From Felis catus (lineage: Eukaryota): DNA of 64,000 bases. The stretch is taken from NCBI RefSeq assembly GCF_018350175.1, contig NC_058373.1:111602001-111666000 (forward strand), written 5' to 3'. Position 1 is the stretch's first letter; every line of letters begins with the position of its first letter. The notes beneath the pieces are model-generated. The model saw only the letters and a list, made by a program, of their open reading frames with translations. It had not been told where the DNA came from and did no database searches. Shown piece after piece: positions 28,606 through 41,778 of the stretch. The position numbers and the translations under genes were made by a program.

Positions 28606-28779
28606 CTCTAAAATAATAATTACCAGACAAATACAGTTTCAACCTCTGTAAATCTGGGAATGGTTTTTTTAAATTTGACTTTTCCATGTACTTATTAATG
28701 TGAGGTAAAATTAATTTATGGTGAAAGAAACAGATCTTAAATGTATAATTCAGTGAGTTTTGGTAATGTAACCAACACC

Positions 28780-29330
28780 CTTATCTGAGTCTTATTAATT
28801 TTTAAAATTTGGTTGTTTATGTTTTTATTTTCAGTTTACAGAAGGAATGTGTGTATGTATATGTGTGTTTCTGATACAGATTTTTGATCAGAAACATGAT
28901 ATGTAAGAATTTTCTCTCAGTCTGTGGGTTGCCTTTTCATTTTCTTAACAGTGTCTTTTGAAGATCAAAAATTTTTAATTTTGCTTAAGTCCAGTTTATC
29001 AATTTTTTTTCAAGTACTATAAAAGTTAGTGCTTTTTTATCATAAGAAATCTTTGCCTATCCTAAAGTCACAGAGATATTATTTTATGTTTTCTTCCAGA
29101 AGCTTTATTGGTTTGGCTTTTAGGTTTATGTCTGTGATCCCACTCATATTAATTTTTGTGTACAGTATGAGGTAAAGTTTGAGATTCATTGTTTTCTGTA
29201 TATCTAGTCAGTCCAGCTTTATCTGTTAAAAAATTTGCCTTTCTCCATTGAATTGTCTTGGTGTTTTGTCGAAAATCAGTTGATAACATATGGGCATAAT
29301 ATCTGGTCTCCCCATTCTGTTCACTGCTTT
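28780..29330 (-). mobile_element. Ancient L1 (L1ME-like) ORF2 fragment
   Basis: tctcagtctgtgggttgccttttcattttcttaacagtgtcttttgaag...aagtccagtttatcaatttt are antisense ORF2 motifs. A related fragment lies at ~28050-28235. Confidence 0.65.
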
Positions 29331-29479
29331 ATTTATGTCTGCCCTCACACCTTAAATTTTTACCTGCCATCAAATATTTTGCAGCATGTTGATTGGAAAG
29401 CTGTACATATGCCTAGAAGTGGTATATTGCTAGGTCATTGTAAACTATACATATCTTTATCTTGTCTACATATGCCTAA

Positions 29480-29920
29480 TCTCTCTGTGGGACAACTACT
29501 CCAGTAGTCTCCTAACTGTTCCTCTTGCTTTCAGAATCTATCTCCTTTTAATCCATTCTCCACACTGCCATCAGAATGATATTTCCAAAATCAAATACGA
29601 CTTTGTTTCTTAACAAATCTTCCTTGGCTGCTCAGTGTCTAGAGAGGTATGTATAAACTCCTTACTTAGCAACTAGGAAGTAAGCCCCTCTCATATCCCG
29701 CCCACTTCTTAAAATGTTCCCCCATACTCCTGATTTCACCAGTCTAGCTTATTTCTTGAGAAAATTTATTTCTTGAGAGTTAACTGTTAACTATTTCTAG
29801 TTTATTTCTTGAGAGTTATGTACACTTTTATTTTTATGCTGGGAACATGCTGTTTCTTTCTAGAATGTCTTTCCTCTATTTCATTGCATGAAACCCTATT
29901 TATCTTTTAGTATCATTTCT
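29480..29920. mobile_element. L2 LINE relic
   Basis: atccattctccacactgccatcagaatgatattt and agtctcctaactg motifs. Confidence 0.55.
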
Positions 29921-30975
29921 TTTGTGGTTCTTCTCTGCAGTTGATCTCATGTTCTTATGTATAAATATAGTATATTTAAATAGTTTGTTTATATATCCCT
30001 GTGACTGTATTGTGAGTTCGTTGAGAAGCTTGTCTGGTTTATTTTTGTCTCTTTTTTGCCAAATAGTACTAGCCAATAGTTGTTACTCAGTTGTTAGTTG
30101 TTTGGGGTTTCTTTTTAAGTTAAATTGCCTCTAAGCAAAATGATGCTTGAAAAATTTTAGTCTCCCTTTCCAAATCTACCAGCTAAAGAAAATGTAGCCC
30201 AATCAATGTGACTCATAGGTTTCTGATGAGAGGAACAAATGAGGCAATCGGCATAGAAAAAGGTTTGTTTGTTTCTTTTTAAAGAACATGATTTTTTAAA
30301 ATTATTTTATTTTATTTTTATTTTACTTTATTTTAAGGCATGGAAATATTTGAAAAATGCTTTAAAATATGATGGCCTTATTGTTGGCTTGTAACAAAAT
30401 TCCAATAAAATTTAACCATCTTGGTGTCTTATAAATTTTGTTGTGATAGAATTTCACTTTCACATATTTATATTAGTTAAAATAATCCAAATATTAAAAG
30501 GCTATTTTAAAATTTTTATCCCTAATATTTTTAGTAAATCATAAAAAATATGCTCAGTAAAACAGTAAAACTGAAAATAACTAAGAAAATAGTTAACATT
30601 GAAAAACACTAAGTTAAAAAAATAGCTAAGTTTAAATGTACTTTATGTACTAAACAGGGCATTTTTCCTATACAAAGTCTTAGCTACGTATGTATATGTC
30701 TGTCTTGTTGAGCCTTCAACTCAGTAAACATTTATTAAATACTTCTCAGTTCAGGCATTATGAAAGTGATATTATATATAGCATAGCTAATATTTAGTGA
30801 ATCTTACTATGTAACAGTGCTTAAAACTTTGCATATATTGTTTCATTTGGTATTCACAGTAAACCTATATTGTAGGTACTGTCATTATCCACATTTTGTA
30901 TAGATAAGTAGTTTGCCAGAAGTAATAAGAAATCCTCAGTCTAACTTCAGAACCTGATCTCTAAACATTATGCTC

Positions 30976-31350
30976 AGGATCAGCAAACCATAGCCCCCAA
31001 AGCCTGATTTTATAAGGCCTGCTACATTTATAAAGTGTTTTTAAAAAATATGACAGAGGGGCGCCTGGGTGGCGCAGTCGGTTAAACGTCCGACTTCAGC
31101 CAGGTCACCATCTCACGGTCCGTGAGTTCGAGCCCCGCGTCAGACTCTGGGCTGATGGCTCAGAGCCTGGAGCCTGTTTCCGATTCTGTGTCTCCCTCTC
31201 TCTCTGCCCCTCCCCCGTTCATGCTCTGTCTCTCTCTGTCCCAAAAATAAATAAACGTTGAAAAAAAAATATGACAGAGATGTATATGGCCTGTAAAGCA
31301 TAAAATATTTACTATTTGGCCCTTTACAGAAAAAGTTTGCCAATCTTAGT
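30976..31350 (+). mobile_element. MER58-family hAT element split by a young SINE
   Basis: 5' caggatcagcaaac and 3' aaaatatttactatttggccctttacagaaaaagtttgccaa. Confidence 0.7.
31058..31263 (+). mobile_element. Young felid SINE (near-identical subfamily, copy 1)
   Basis: CpG-rich ggggcgcctgggtggcgcagtcgg head. TSD aaaaaatatgacaga at 31043-31057 and 31264-31278. Confidence 0.95.
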
Positions 31351-32315
31351 ATAGATGATAAAAACAGAGTCCCTGTTCTCAAGAAGCTTCCATTCTAAAT
31401 AGGAGATTAACACAAACAGAATTGCTTGTTAGGAAATTTTTTAATTAAATTGAGGAAATGACAGGATTGGCTTTATTATTACTACTCAGTCTGTTTTTGT
31501 AAAGCATGGCAAGGATATAAACAATGAATGTCACTGAAAGATTTGTACTTTCTAAACTAAGCACACAAGAAAGTATTAAACTATATCAGGAGATGTATTT
31601 TCTGCTAACACGATTTGTAATATGACAGTTAAATAATTAATCAAATGGTTGGATACAGGGGAGTTTTTCTCAAAAAGAGAGAAAAGGATAAATTACTCCA
31701 TGCCAACTGAACAGTATTCCAAACACCAAAAATAAAATCAGGGGAGGCAAAGATTCTATAAGTTTACAGTTTGTACAGACTGGCACCCATTGTATGAGTA
31801 GTATATGTTATGTATATATTCATGACATTTAAAAAATCTGGCAGTAGCCTCAAGCTATTTTTTTCTGAATATCATGAATATTAATATGTAATTATTGAAC
31901 TAATTAAAGTATATACAGATAACTCCCCAGTCCCTAGTCTGCTGGGTATATATAATTTAAATGTTTCTCATTTGATTAAATTAAATCTCTTTTTTGAACA
32001 TTTTTCTTAGCCTGAAAAGAAATGTATATGTGATAAATAGCAGTTTTGGTTTCTGTGTTCTGTGTTGGTGCAGGTATTTTGTTTGGCATTAATTTTATAT
32101 GGAAATGTATATTTGATGGCATTTTTAGTTGTTTAACAAAAGACTGATACATGTTTTACTATAACAACTGTTAGTATGCCCTTAACTATTTATTTGTACA
32201 TTATCCTCTCTATTCTAGTCGTGGAATTATCTATGTAATTGAGTAAAAATAGGAGTGGCCACAGATGCATAAGAAAACACTTCTGCAAATTATTGCATTT
32301 GCCGTACCACTTCTT

Positions 32316-32522
32316 TTAATGTTTTTATTTATGTTTGAGACAGAGAGAGACAGAGCATGAGCAAGGGGAGGGCAGAGAGAGAGGGAGACACAGAATCCCA
32401 AGCAGGCTTCAGGCTCTGAGCTGTCAGCACAGAGCCCGACACGGGGCTCAAACCCACAAACCGCGAGATCATGGCCTGAGCTGAAGTCGGACGCTTAACC
32501 GACTAAGCCACCCAGGCGCCCC
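32316..32522 (-). mobile_element. Felid SINE
   Basis: TSD gcc(g/a)taccacttctt at 32301-32315 and 32523-32537. Confidence 0.93.
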
Positions 32523-34400
32523 GCCATACCACTTCTTAAAGACTATTTTGCAGTTCTGTCCTGTTGAAATGAATTGCCTGGGTCTTTAGAGAATGCTGAG
32601 AAGATTTAAGTAGAAGAGAGGGAAAGGCATCATTTGGAGAAGGTTTGAATGAAGTTTTTTGCGTTGTGGTTAAAACATACTCTGAACCCTCTATCTAGCC
32701 ATGTCAGTCTTTAAAAATAACAGAAGAAATCGCTCCACAACTGTATGTTGATAGAATTGTTTCTTGCCAAGGACAAACTAGCATTTTCAAACTATTGCTT
32801 TTTTAGTAAAACATAGTATGCTGTTAGCCAGTTTTATGCTTAATCAGTTTAATTTAATCAAATGCTGTTCTGTATCAGGGACCACAGAGAAGAAATACTC
32901 ACATTAAAAGACTGTTCAGTCTGTGGGTTTTTAGAAAGGCCATTGTTGTTTCTCCTGTCCTTCCTCCTCTCTGTGTTTAGGTTTGTGACTGGCAGAAATA
33001 AGGAGATGGTAAAACTCAGACTTTTTTTTTTCTTGCTTGACATTTACCAACTCTTTTGTCACTGGAATGTGAGAAAACACATTTTTGCAATCTGCCACTC
33101 AATTTCCCAATTCAAAAAAGGAATTTGGACATATTTTTCCCTAGCAGCACTACATGGAAGAATTCACTTTGTCTGTGGCCATTACATAAAACAGTAAGAA
33201 TAATGCAGTCACCTCTCTCCTAGATTAAACCAAAGAAGATGTAGTTGTAGATCATTTAAAATAGTACAGTCAAAAAGTCACTTTTCCTTAATTTTGAATA
33301 GTTCTATGCCATGCTGTGGTAACTTAACACAAGGATACAAAAATGATGTGTGGAGGTCCATAGTCTATCGTGTGGATAAGACATACCTCAAGAAATAGAG
33401 AGCTTTTGTGTTTTTGTTGCATGATGGTGAACAGCTGTAACCATCAGCTAGCTTGCCCTTTTTGGCAGCTGGCTGTTTTTAGCACTTAAAAAAAACTGCA
33501 TGCTATTTGCCTCTGGTGCCTGGCATTCTTCAATTAAAATTTTAAATGTATTCTTATCGTCCCCTAACACAAAGCTCACTTATGCAGTCCCAAATCTAGC
33601 CTGAGACACCTGTTCTTGAACCCTTTTTTTCTTTTTATTCAAAAAAGTTTAATGTGAAATAAATCTCTGTGCTGTGTCATGCTTGAATAAAGAAAGCATA
33701 CATTACTATAATGGGACACGATGAAGCTACTTAGATGGGCTTACATGAATGGTTGAGGTCTATTAATAGATATGAGATATTATTACACCAAAGCCATTTC
33801 AATAAAGGATTAATGTTAATTTTAAGAGTTTTGTTTTTGTTTTGTTAACAGTTTGGGAGACAATAAATAGGGATAGAGGCTTGATGAGGTATCACTTTGA
33901 TATCTTGTAAGCCTTAAATTTCCATCAAATAGGAAAGAATAAAAAACTATTATATATGAAGACAGATTTTATATGGATGTTTGCCGTAAAAGAAAAAGGA
34001 CTTTGGAAATGCTATCTTTCCACTTACCTCAAATGATAGCCTTCAGATCAGTATTGACCAGAAAAGTCTTACAGTTGTGAACTTGAAAACGTCTACACTG
34101 AAGTAGAAATTAAGTACATTCGTATAGAACAAGCTTCTTCCCAGGGCAGGAGTTTCAGTTAACCCATGACTCATACTTCATTGAATTTAAGCAGTTCTTC
34201 CATCTAGCCTTACAGTTGGACTGAGAAAAGCCTTTGATTTAACAGAATGTTCTCTTTGTATTTCAAATTTGTGATAAATTTAGCCTTTGTTAGTTAGAGA
34301 TTCCATTGAAATCTTTCTAGGCCTACTTTCCTCTTCAATCAAAGGAAGCACCTTATCTTTTCCCATAATTAATCATTTTTATCTCTGATATCCTTTTTTT

Positions 34401-34645
34401 ATTTTATTTTTTTTATTTTTATTTAAAAAAAAATTTTTTTTTCAACATTTATTTATTTTTGGGACAGAGAGAGACAGAGCATGAACGGGGGAGGGGCAGA
34501 GAGAGAGGGAGACACAGAATCGGAAACAGGCTCCAGGCTCTGAGCCATCAGCCCAGAGCCCAACGCGGGGCTCGAACTCACGGACCGCGAGATCGTGACC
34601 TGGCTGAAGTCGGACGCTTAACCGACTGCACCACCCAGGCGCCCC
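34401..34645 (-). mobile_element. Young felid SINE (near-identical subfamily, copy 2)
   Basis: Long patterned tail. TSD tctgatatccttttttt at 34384-34400 and 34648-34664. Confidence 0.95.
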
Positions 34646-35617
34646 AATCTGATATCCTTTTTTTAAAAAAGAGCTTTCCTCATTTATTCTTTCCAGAAAA
34701 TGACTCTAAAAGGAGGTAGCATGATTTTTAATTAATATATGACAAGAAAAAGGAGGATTAGAGATTATCTTAACTGGACAACAGTGTCAGAGATCAGGAT
34801 TTTCTGGATTTAATTTTATCTGGATCAGATTATTGTTCTGTTGATGGTAAATGGTTAATGGTAAATTTATTCATTGCATTTGGCATATTTTAAAATAAAT
34901 TTTTAAAATACAAAGCAATGAACACCCATTGTTGAAAAACCCAGAAAGTGTAAAAAATGTAACAAAATAAAAATATATAGATATGTGTGTATGCATATTC
35001 TTTTAGGTCTTTTTTGAATGCATTTTTTTTTAATTATATACTTTATTTCTTAGAACAGTTATACATTTACAGAAAAATTTGTTAGAAAGTACAGAGTCCC
35101 CATATGGTCCCTCCTTCTCTTACTCCACCAGTCCACCATGGCTCTGTTTCCCTGTTATTAACATTTACCTCAATGTGGTACATTTGTTACAATCAGTGGA
35201 CCAATGTTGGTACATTATTATTAACTATTATTCATAGTTTACTTTGGGGTTCAGTCTCTGTGTTATATAGTTATATGGGTTTTGCCAAATGTATAATGTT
35301 ATGTATCCACCATTACATAATCATACACAATAGTTTCACTGCCCTAAAAACCCCCTCTGTGTTCCACCAGTTCACTCTCACTCCCTCCCTTCAACCTCTG
35401 GCAAGCATTGATTTTTTTTTTTTCCTGTCTCCATAATGTTGCCTTTTCCAGATTATCATATAGTTGGAATCATTATGAAGTCTTTTCTGACTAACTGCTT
35501 TTTAAGAAAAGTTCCTCCGTGTCTTTTTTGTAGCTTGACAGCTCATTTCTTTTTTGCTGAATAACATTTAATTGTATGGATGTGCTACAGTTTTATTCAC
35601 ATATTGAGGGACTTCTT

Positions 35618-35812
35618 TTTTTTTTTAATTTCAAGTTAGTTAACATATAGTGTAGTATTCGTTTCAGGAATAGAACTTAGTGATTCATCACTTACATATA
35701 ACATCCAATGTTCATTCCAACAATTGCCCTCCTTAGTGCTCATCACCCATTTAGCCTAACCCCCCAAAGTCCTCCCCCTTCCAGCAACCCTCAGTTTGTT
35801 CTCTGTATTTCA
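35618..35812 (-). mobile_element. Short carnivore L1 3' end
   Basis: Poly-T tail and L1 3' UTR. TSD gagggac(t/a)tctt at 35606-35617 and 35813-35824. Confidence 0.85.
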
Positions 35813-35976
35813 GAGGGACATCTTGGTTGCTTCCAATTTTGTGAAATTAATAAATAAAGCTGGTATAAACATTCATGTACAGGTTTTTTGTGTGAGTATA
35901 GGTTTTCAAATCATTTGGGTAAATGCTTAAGAGAGAGCTTGCTTGGTTGTCTGGTTAAGACTATGTTTAGCTTTGT

Positions 35977-36148
35977 TGTTTTTTTTTTTTTTTTTTAATA
36001 TATGAAATTTATTGTCAAATTGGTTTCCATACAACACCCAGTGCTCATCCCAAAAGGTGCCCTCCTCAATACCCATCACCCACCCTCTCCTCCCTCCCAC
36101 CCCCCATCAACCCTCAGTTTGTTCTCAGTTTTTAACAGTCTCTTATGC
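35977..36148 (-). mobile_element. Very short (~170 bp) young felid L1 3' end
   Basis: Nearly identical to 1049-1198. TSD tttagctttgt at 35966-35976 and 36149-36159. Confidence 0.92.
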
Positions 36149-36186
36149 TTTAGCTTTGTAAGAAACTGCCAAACTATCTTCTAAAA

Positions 36187-36573
36187 TGTCTGCTTGGGCT
36201 GCTATAACAAACAAACAAACAAACAAACAAACAAAACAGACTGGATGGCTTAAACAACAGACATTTGTTTTCACAGTTTTAGAGGCCGGGAAGTCCAAAA
36301 TCAGAGTACCAGCAAATTTGTTCTTGGTGAGAGCCCTCTTCCTGGCTTGCAGGGGGCTGCCTTCTTGCTGAACCTTCACCTGATAGAGTGAAGAAACTCT
36401 GATTCCTCTTTCTTTTCTTACAAGGGCTGCAGTCCCATCTTGGGGGGTCATCTCCTCATGGCCTCATCTAAGCCTGATTACCTCCCAAAGGCCCCACCTC
36501 CTCATACTATCACATTGAGGATCAGAACTTCAACACAAGAATTTAGAGAGGATACAAGATTTGGTCTGTAGCA
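36187..36573 (-). mobile_element. MLT1A/B-like MaLR solo LTR with (AAAC)n expansion
   Basis: TG...CA termini. Motifs gggctgctataacaaa, ggcttaaacaacagacattt and gattacctcccaaaggccccacctcc. Confidence 0.85.
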
Positions 36574-37092
36574 GTAGCTTTAGCATTTTGCATTTTCACC
36601 AGCTGTGAATGAAAGTTTGTGTTGCTTCACATCCTCTCCTGCATTTGGTGTTGTCACTGTTTTAGATTTTAGCCATCCTAATAGACATGTAGTGGTATCC
36701 TTTTTGAATTTACAGTGCACTAATGATCTTTAATGTTGAGCATCATTTCATATGCTTACTTGCCATCTATATGTCTTCTTTGGACAGGTGTTTATTCAGA
36801 TCTTTTGCCCATTTTATGATAAAGTTGTTGGTCTTCTTGAATTTTAAGAGCTCTTTTCATATTTTGGATGTAAGTTTATTAACAGAAATTTCCTCCCTGT
36901 CTGTGGCTTTTCATTTAATTCTTTGAACAATGCCTTTCATGGAGCAGAATTTTTCAATTTTAATGAAGTCCAACTTTTCAATGTTTTCTTTTATGGATTA
37001 TGCTTTTGGTGCTGTATGTAAAAACACAGTGCCAACCCAAGGTCACCTAGATTTTCTCCTGTATTTCTTTTCTAAAAGTGTTGGAGTTTTGA

Positions 37093-37302
37093 GGGGCACC
37101 TGGGTGGCTCAGTGGTTAAACTTTTGACTTCGGCTCAAGTCATGATCTCATAGTTTGTGGGTTCCAGCCCCGCATTAGGCTGTGTACTAACAGCTCAAAG
37201 CCTGGAGCCTCCTTCAGATTCTGTGTGTCCCTCTCTCTCTGCCCCTCCCCTCATGCTGCCTCTATCTCTCATAAATAAATAAACTTAAAAAAAATTTTTT
37301 TT
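37093..37302 (+). mobile_element. Felid SINE
   Basis: ggggcacctgggtggctcagtggttaa head, CT tract and A-tail. Partial TSD agttttga. Confidence 0.88.
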
Positions 37303-37398
37303 AAGTTACAGTTTTGAGTTTTACATTTAGGTCTATGATCCATGTTGAGTTAATTTTTTGTGAAAGATACAAGGTCAGTGTCTAGATTTTTCTTTTCT

Positions 37399-37445
<47 letters not shown>

Positions 37446-40400
37446 TGTCGACATACAGTTGTTCTGGCACCATTTGTTGAAAGACTGTTCTTTCTTGATT
37501 GGATTGACTTTGCTTCTTTGTCAAAAATCCGTTGAATATATTTGTCTGTGTTTATTTCTGGGCTCTCTGTTATGTTCCATGGATCTATTTGTCTATTTTT
37601 TCACCAACACCACACTGTCTTGATTACTGTTGCTTTTTAGTTAAGTCTAAAAGTCAGATAGTATCAGTTCTCTTGACTTTGTCTTTTTGATTGCCTGTCC
37701 ATATAAACTTTAGAATTATTTTTGTTAGTATCTACATAGTAATTTGCTGGGATTTTCACTGAGATTGTGTTGAATCTATAGATCAAGTTGTGAAAAATGG
37801 ACATCTTAACCATACTGAGTCTTCCTACCTATGAATTTGTACTATCCATTTATTTACATCTTCTTTGATTTATTTGTCCAGAGTTTTATAGTTTTCCTCC
37901 TATAGATCTCATACATGTTTTGACTTAAATGTCTTTCTCTCTCTCTCTCTCTCACTCTTTATTTTTTGGTTCTAATGTAAATGGTGGTATGTTTTTAATT
38001 TTAAATTCCAGTTGCTCATTGGTGGTGTATAGGAAAGGCTTTGACTTTTATATATTAGCCTTGTTTCCTGCTATTTTGATATAATTGCTTACTGGCTCCA
38101 GCAGTTTTTATGTCAGTTCTTTGGGATTTTCTACATAAATGATCCTGTCATCTCAGAATAAAGATAAAGATAGTTTTATGTCTTTTTTTTCCCAATCTGT
38201 ATACATTTTATTTCCTTTGCTTGTCCTAGTGAATTAGCCAGGACTTCCAGTACAATGTTGTGTAGAAGCGATGAGAGGAACATCCTTGCCTTATTCTTCA
38301 TCTTAGGAAAAAGACATCAAGTTTTTACAATTATATCTGCCATTAGCAGTAGGTTGGTTTTAGATGTTCTTTATTAAATTGAAGAAATTCCCCTTGCTGA
38401 GAGTTTCTATCATGAATGGATTTTGGATGTAGGATGTGGATTTTTCTATATCTTTTGATACTATCATATGATTTTTCTTCTTCAGCCTGTTGATGTGAGG
38501 GATTACATTAATTAATTTTCAAATGTTGAATCAGCCTTGATTAACCTGAAATAAATCCCAACCGATCACGGTGTGTGATTCTTTTTAAACATTGTTAGAT
38601 TTGATTTGCTAATGTTTTCTTGAGTATTTTGCATTTATATTAATGAAAAATATTAGTCTGTTTCCTTTCTTATAACATCCTTGTATAGTTTTGGAATTAG
38701 TGTAATGGCCTCATAGAATGAGTGAGGAAGTGCTTCTTCTGCTTCTGTTTTCTGGAACAGATCATAGAGAATTGATGTCATTTTTTCCTTAAATATTTGG
38801 CAGAATTCACTATTTGGATGTGGTGCTTTTTGTTTTGGAAAGTTATTAATTATTCAGTTTCTTTGATTGATACAAACCTAATTAAATGATCTATTTCTCC
38901 TTGTTTGAGTTTTGGTAGAATTTGTCTTTTAAGGAATTGGTCCATTTCACCTAAGTCATCAAATTTGTGGGCATAGAGTTGTGCATACTATTCATTTATC
39001 CTTTCAATATCCATGGCATTAGTAGTGATGGTCCCTCTTCCATTTCTGATATTAGTAATTTGTGTCTTCTTTTTTTCTTGGTTAGCCCAAGTAGGGGCTT
39101 GTCTATTTTATTAATCTTTTCAAAGAACCAACTTTTGGTTTTGTTGATTTTCTCTATTTTTTTCCTGCTTTCAATTTTATTGATATCTTTTTCTGCTTAC
39201 TTCAGACTTAATTTGCTCTTCGTTTTTTTTTGCTAGTTTTCTAGGTTAGAATGTTAATTTTAGATTTTTCTTTTTTCAATATGTGCATACAGTGCTATGG
39301 GGTTTCCTCTAATTACTACCCTTGCTGTATCTGACAAATTTTAATGTTTTTTTTTTTAAATTTTCATTTAGTTCAACAGTTATTTCATCTCTCAAGAATT
39401 CTTTAATTCTTGTGTTATTTATAAGTGTGTTGTTTAATTTCCAAATATTTTGGGATTTTTCCAGCAATCTTTGTATTAATATTTTTTCATTTAATTCCAT
39501 TATAATCTAAGGGCATATGTGGTATGATATCTGTTCTTTTAAATTTGTTAAGGTGTGTTTTATGGCCCTGAAGATGGTCTGTTTTGGTGAATATTCCCTG
39601 CAAACTTGAGAAGAATGTATATTCTGCTATTGGGTGAAGCATCCCATGTCACTTAGGTACAGTTGATTGATGATACTGTCCTGTTCAACTATATCTTTAC
39701 TGATTTTCTGACTGCTTGTTCTGTCACTTACTGATAGAGTAGTGTTAAAGTCTCCAAACTATAGCTTGTGTATTTATCCTTGCAATTCTATCAGTTTTTA
39801 CCTCATATATTTTTACACTCTGTTGTTAGGTGCAGGCATATTAGGGATAGTTATGGCTTCTTGGTGAATTGACCTGCTATCATTATATAATGCCTCTCTT
39901 TATTGCCAATAATTTTCCTTGCTCTGAAGTCTGCTTGTCTGAAATTCATAGAGCTACTCCAGCTTTCTTTTGATTACTGTTAGCATAATGAATTTTTTTC
40001 ATCCCTTTACTTTTAATCTATGTTTTCATATTTAGAGTATATTTCTTATAAAGACCATGTAGCTGAGTCTTGCTTTTTTTTTTATCCACTCTGATAGTCC
40101 CTGTCTTCTAATTAGTATATTTTAGATTACTTACATTTAAAGTCAGTATTGATATAGTTGGTTTAATGTAAACCTCATTTATGACTTTTCTATTCATTGA
40201 CCTTGTTCTTTCTTTTTTATCTTCCTCTATTCTTCTGCCTTCTCTGGTTTTAATTGATGACTGTATAAGATCCCATTTTCTCTCCTGTCTTAGCATATAA
40301 ATCACAACTTTTTTTTTTTAAGTGGTTGTCTGAGGGTTTATAATACATATTTACAAATAATACAAGTCTACTTTCAAATAACACTGTATCACTTCATGGG

Positions 40401-40604
40401 AACTGCAAGCACCTTATAAAAGAGTAATCCCAAATCCTCCCTCCCATCCCTTATAGCATGGTTGTCCTTTATTTTTTCCATAAGCTATGACCACCAAATA
40501 TTTTGTCGCTATTTTGTTTAATAAACTGATAGTTCATATGGTTAATTAAGAATAATAAAAAGATAAGATTTTATTTTCCTTTTATTTATTCATTTTCTAA
40601 AACT

Positions 40605-40605
<1 letters not shown>

Positions 40606-40641
<36 letters not shown>
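40606..40641. repeat. (CA)n microsatellite
   Basis: Direct reading. Confidence 0.95.
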
Positions 40642-40645
<4 letters not shown>

Positions 40646-41421
40646 TTGACCTATATCATTTCATTCTCTCTGAAGCTGGCAACAAATTCCCCCAATTTTT
40701 GTTTGTCAAAGAAAGTCTTTATTTCTTCTTCTCTTTTGAAGGATAATTTCACTGAATATAGAATTTAAGTAGATGATTTCAATTTTTCAAAACTTTGAAG
40801 TATTTCACTCTACCCTCTTCTTGCTTAAATGGTTTCCGAAGAGAAGGTCGATGTGATTCTTTTCCTTGTTCCTCTAGTGATAAGATCCCCAACCCCATCT
40901 ACCTACTTTCAAGATTTTGCCTTTGATTTTCTGCAGTTGGATTATAATATCCCTAAATATAGATTTTTAAAAAGTATTTATCCTGCTTGGTGCTGTCTGA
41001 AGTTTATATATCTGTTGTTTGGTGTCTGTCATTCATTTTGGAAAATTCTCGGGCATTATTACTTCAAATATTTCTTCTCTTCCTCTTCTTTCCTCTGGTA
41101 TTCCCATTACATGTATATGCACCTTTTGTAATTGTCTCATAGGTTTTGGATATTCTGTTTCATCCTCTTCATTCTTTTTTCCTCTTTCCAGTCAGTTTTG
41201 TAGGTTTATATCGCCATATCTGCAAGGTCACTGATTCTTTCCTTGGTCACGCCCAGTCTACTGATGAGCCCATCAAAGACATTCTTAGTTTCTGTTACAA
41301 TGTTTTTGATTTCTAGCATTTCCTTTTGATTCTCTCTTAGAGTTTCCATCTCTTTGCTTACATTACTCATCTTGCATATTGTTCACTTTTATCATTAGAA
41401 TCCTTAGCATATTAGTCATTT

Positions 41422-41778
41422 TATTTATTTTTTTAATTTTATTTTTTATTTTTTAAAATTTACATCCAAATTAGTTAGCATATAGTGAAACAATGATTTC
41501 AGGAGTAAATTCCTTAATGCCCCTTACCCATTTAGCCCATCCCCCCTCCCACAACCCCTCCTATAACCCTCAGTTTGTTCTCCATATTTATGAGTCTCTC
41601 CTGTTTTGTCCCCCTCCCTGTTTTTATATTATTTTTGTTTCCCTTCCCTTATGTTCATCTGTTTTGTCTCTTAAAGTCCTCATGTGAATGAAGTCATATG
41701 ATTTTTGTCTTTCTCTAACTGACTAATTTCACTTAGTATAATACCCTCCAGATCCATCCACGTAGTTGCAAATGGTAA
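41422..41778 (-). mobile_element. Felid/feliform L1 3' end with a distinct 3' UTR type
   Basis: T-rich tail, aaccctcagtttgttctc and atccatccacgtagttgcaaatgg motifs. Flanking tagtcattt repeats at 41413-41421 and 41785-41793. Confidence 0.85.

Noticed and set aside
31058..31140. tRNA gene suggested by A-box/B-box motifs
   Set aside because: This is the tRNA-derived head of a SINE, followed by a CT tract, A-tail and TSDs.
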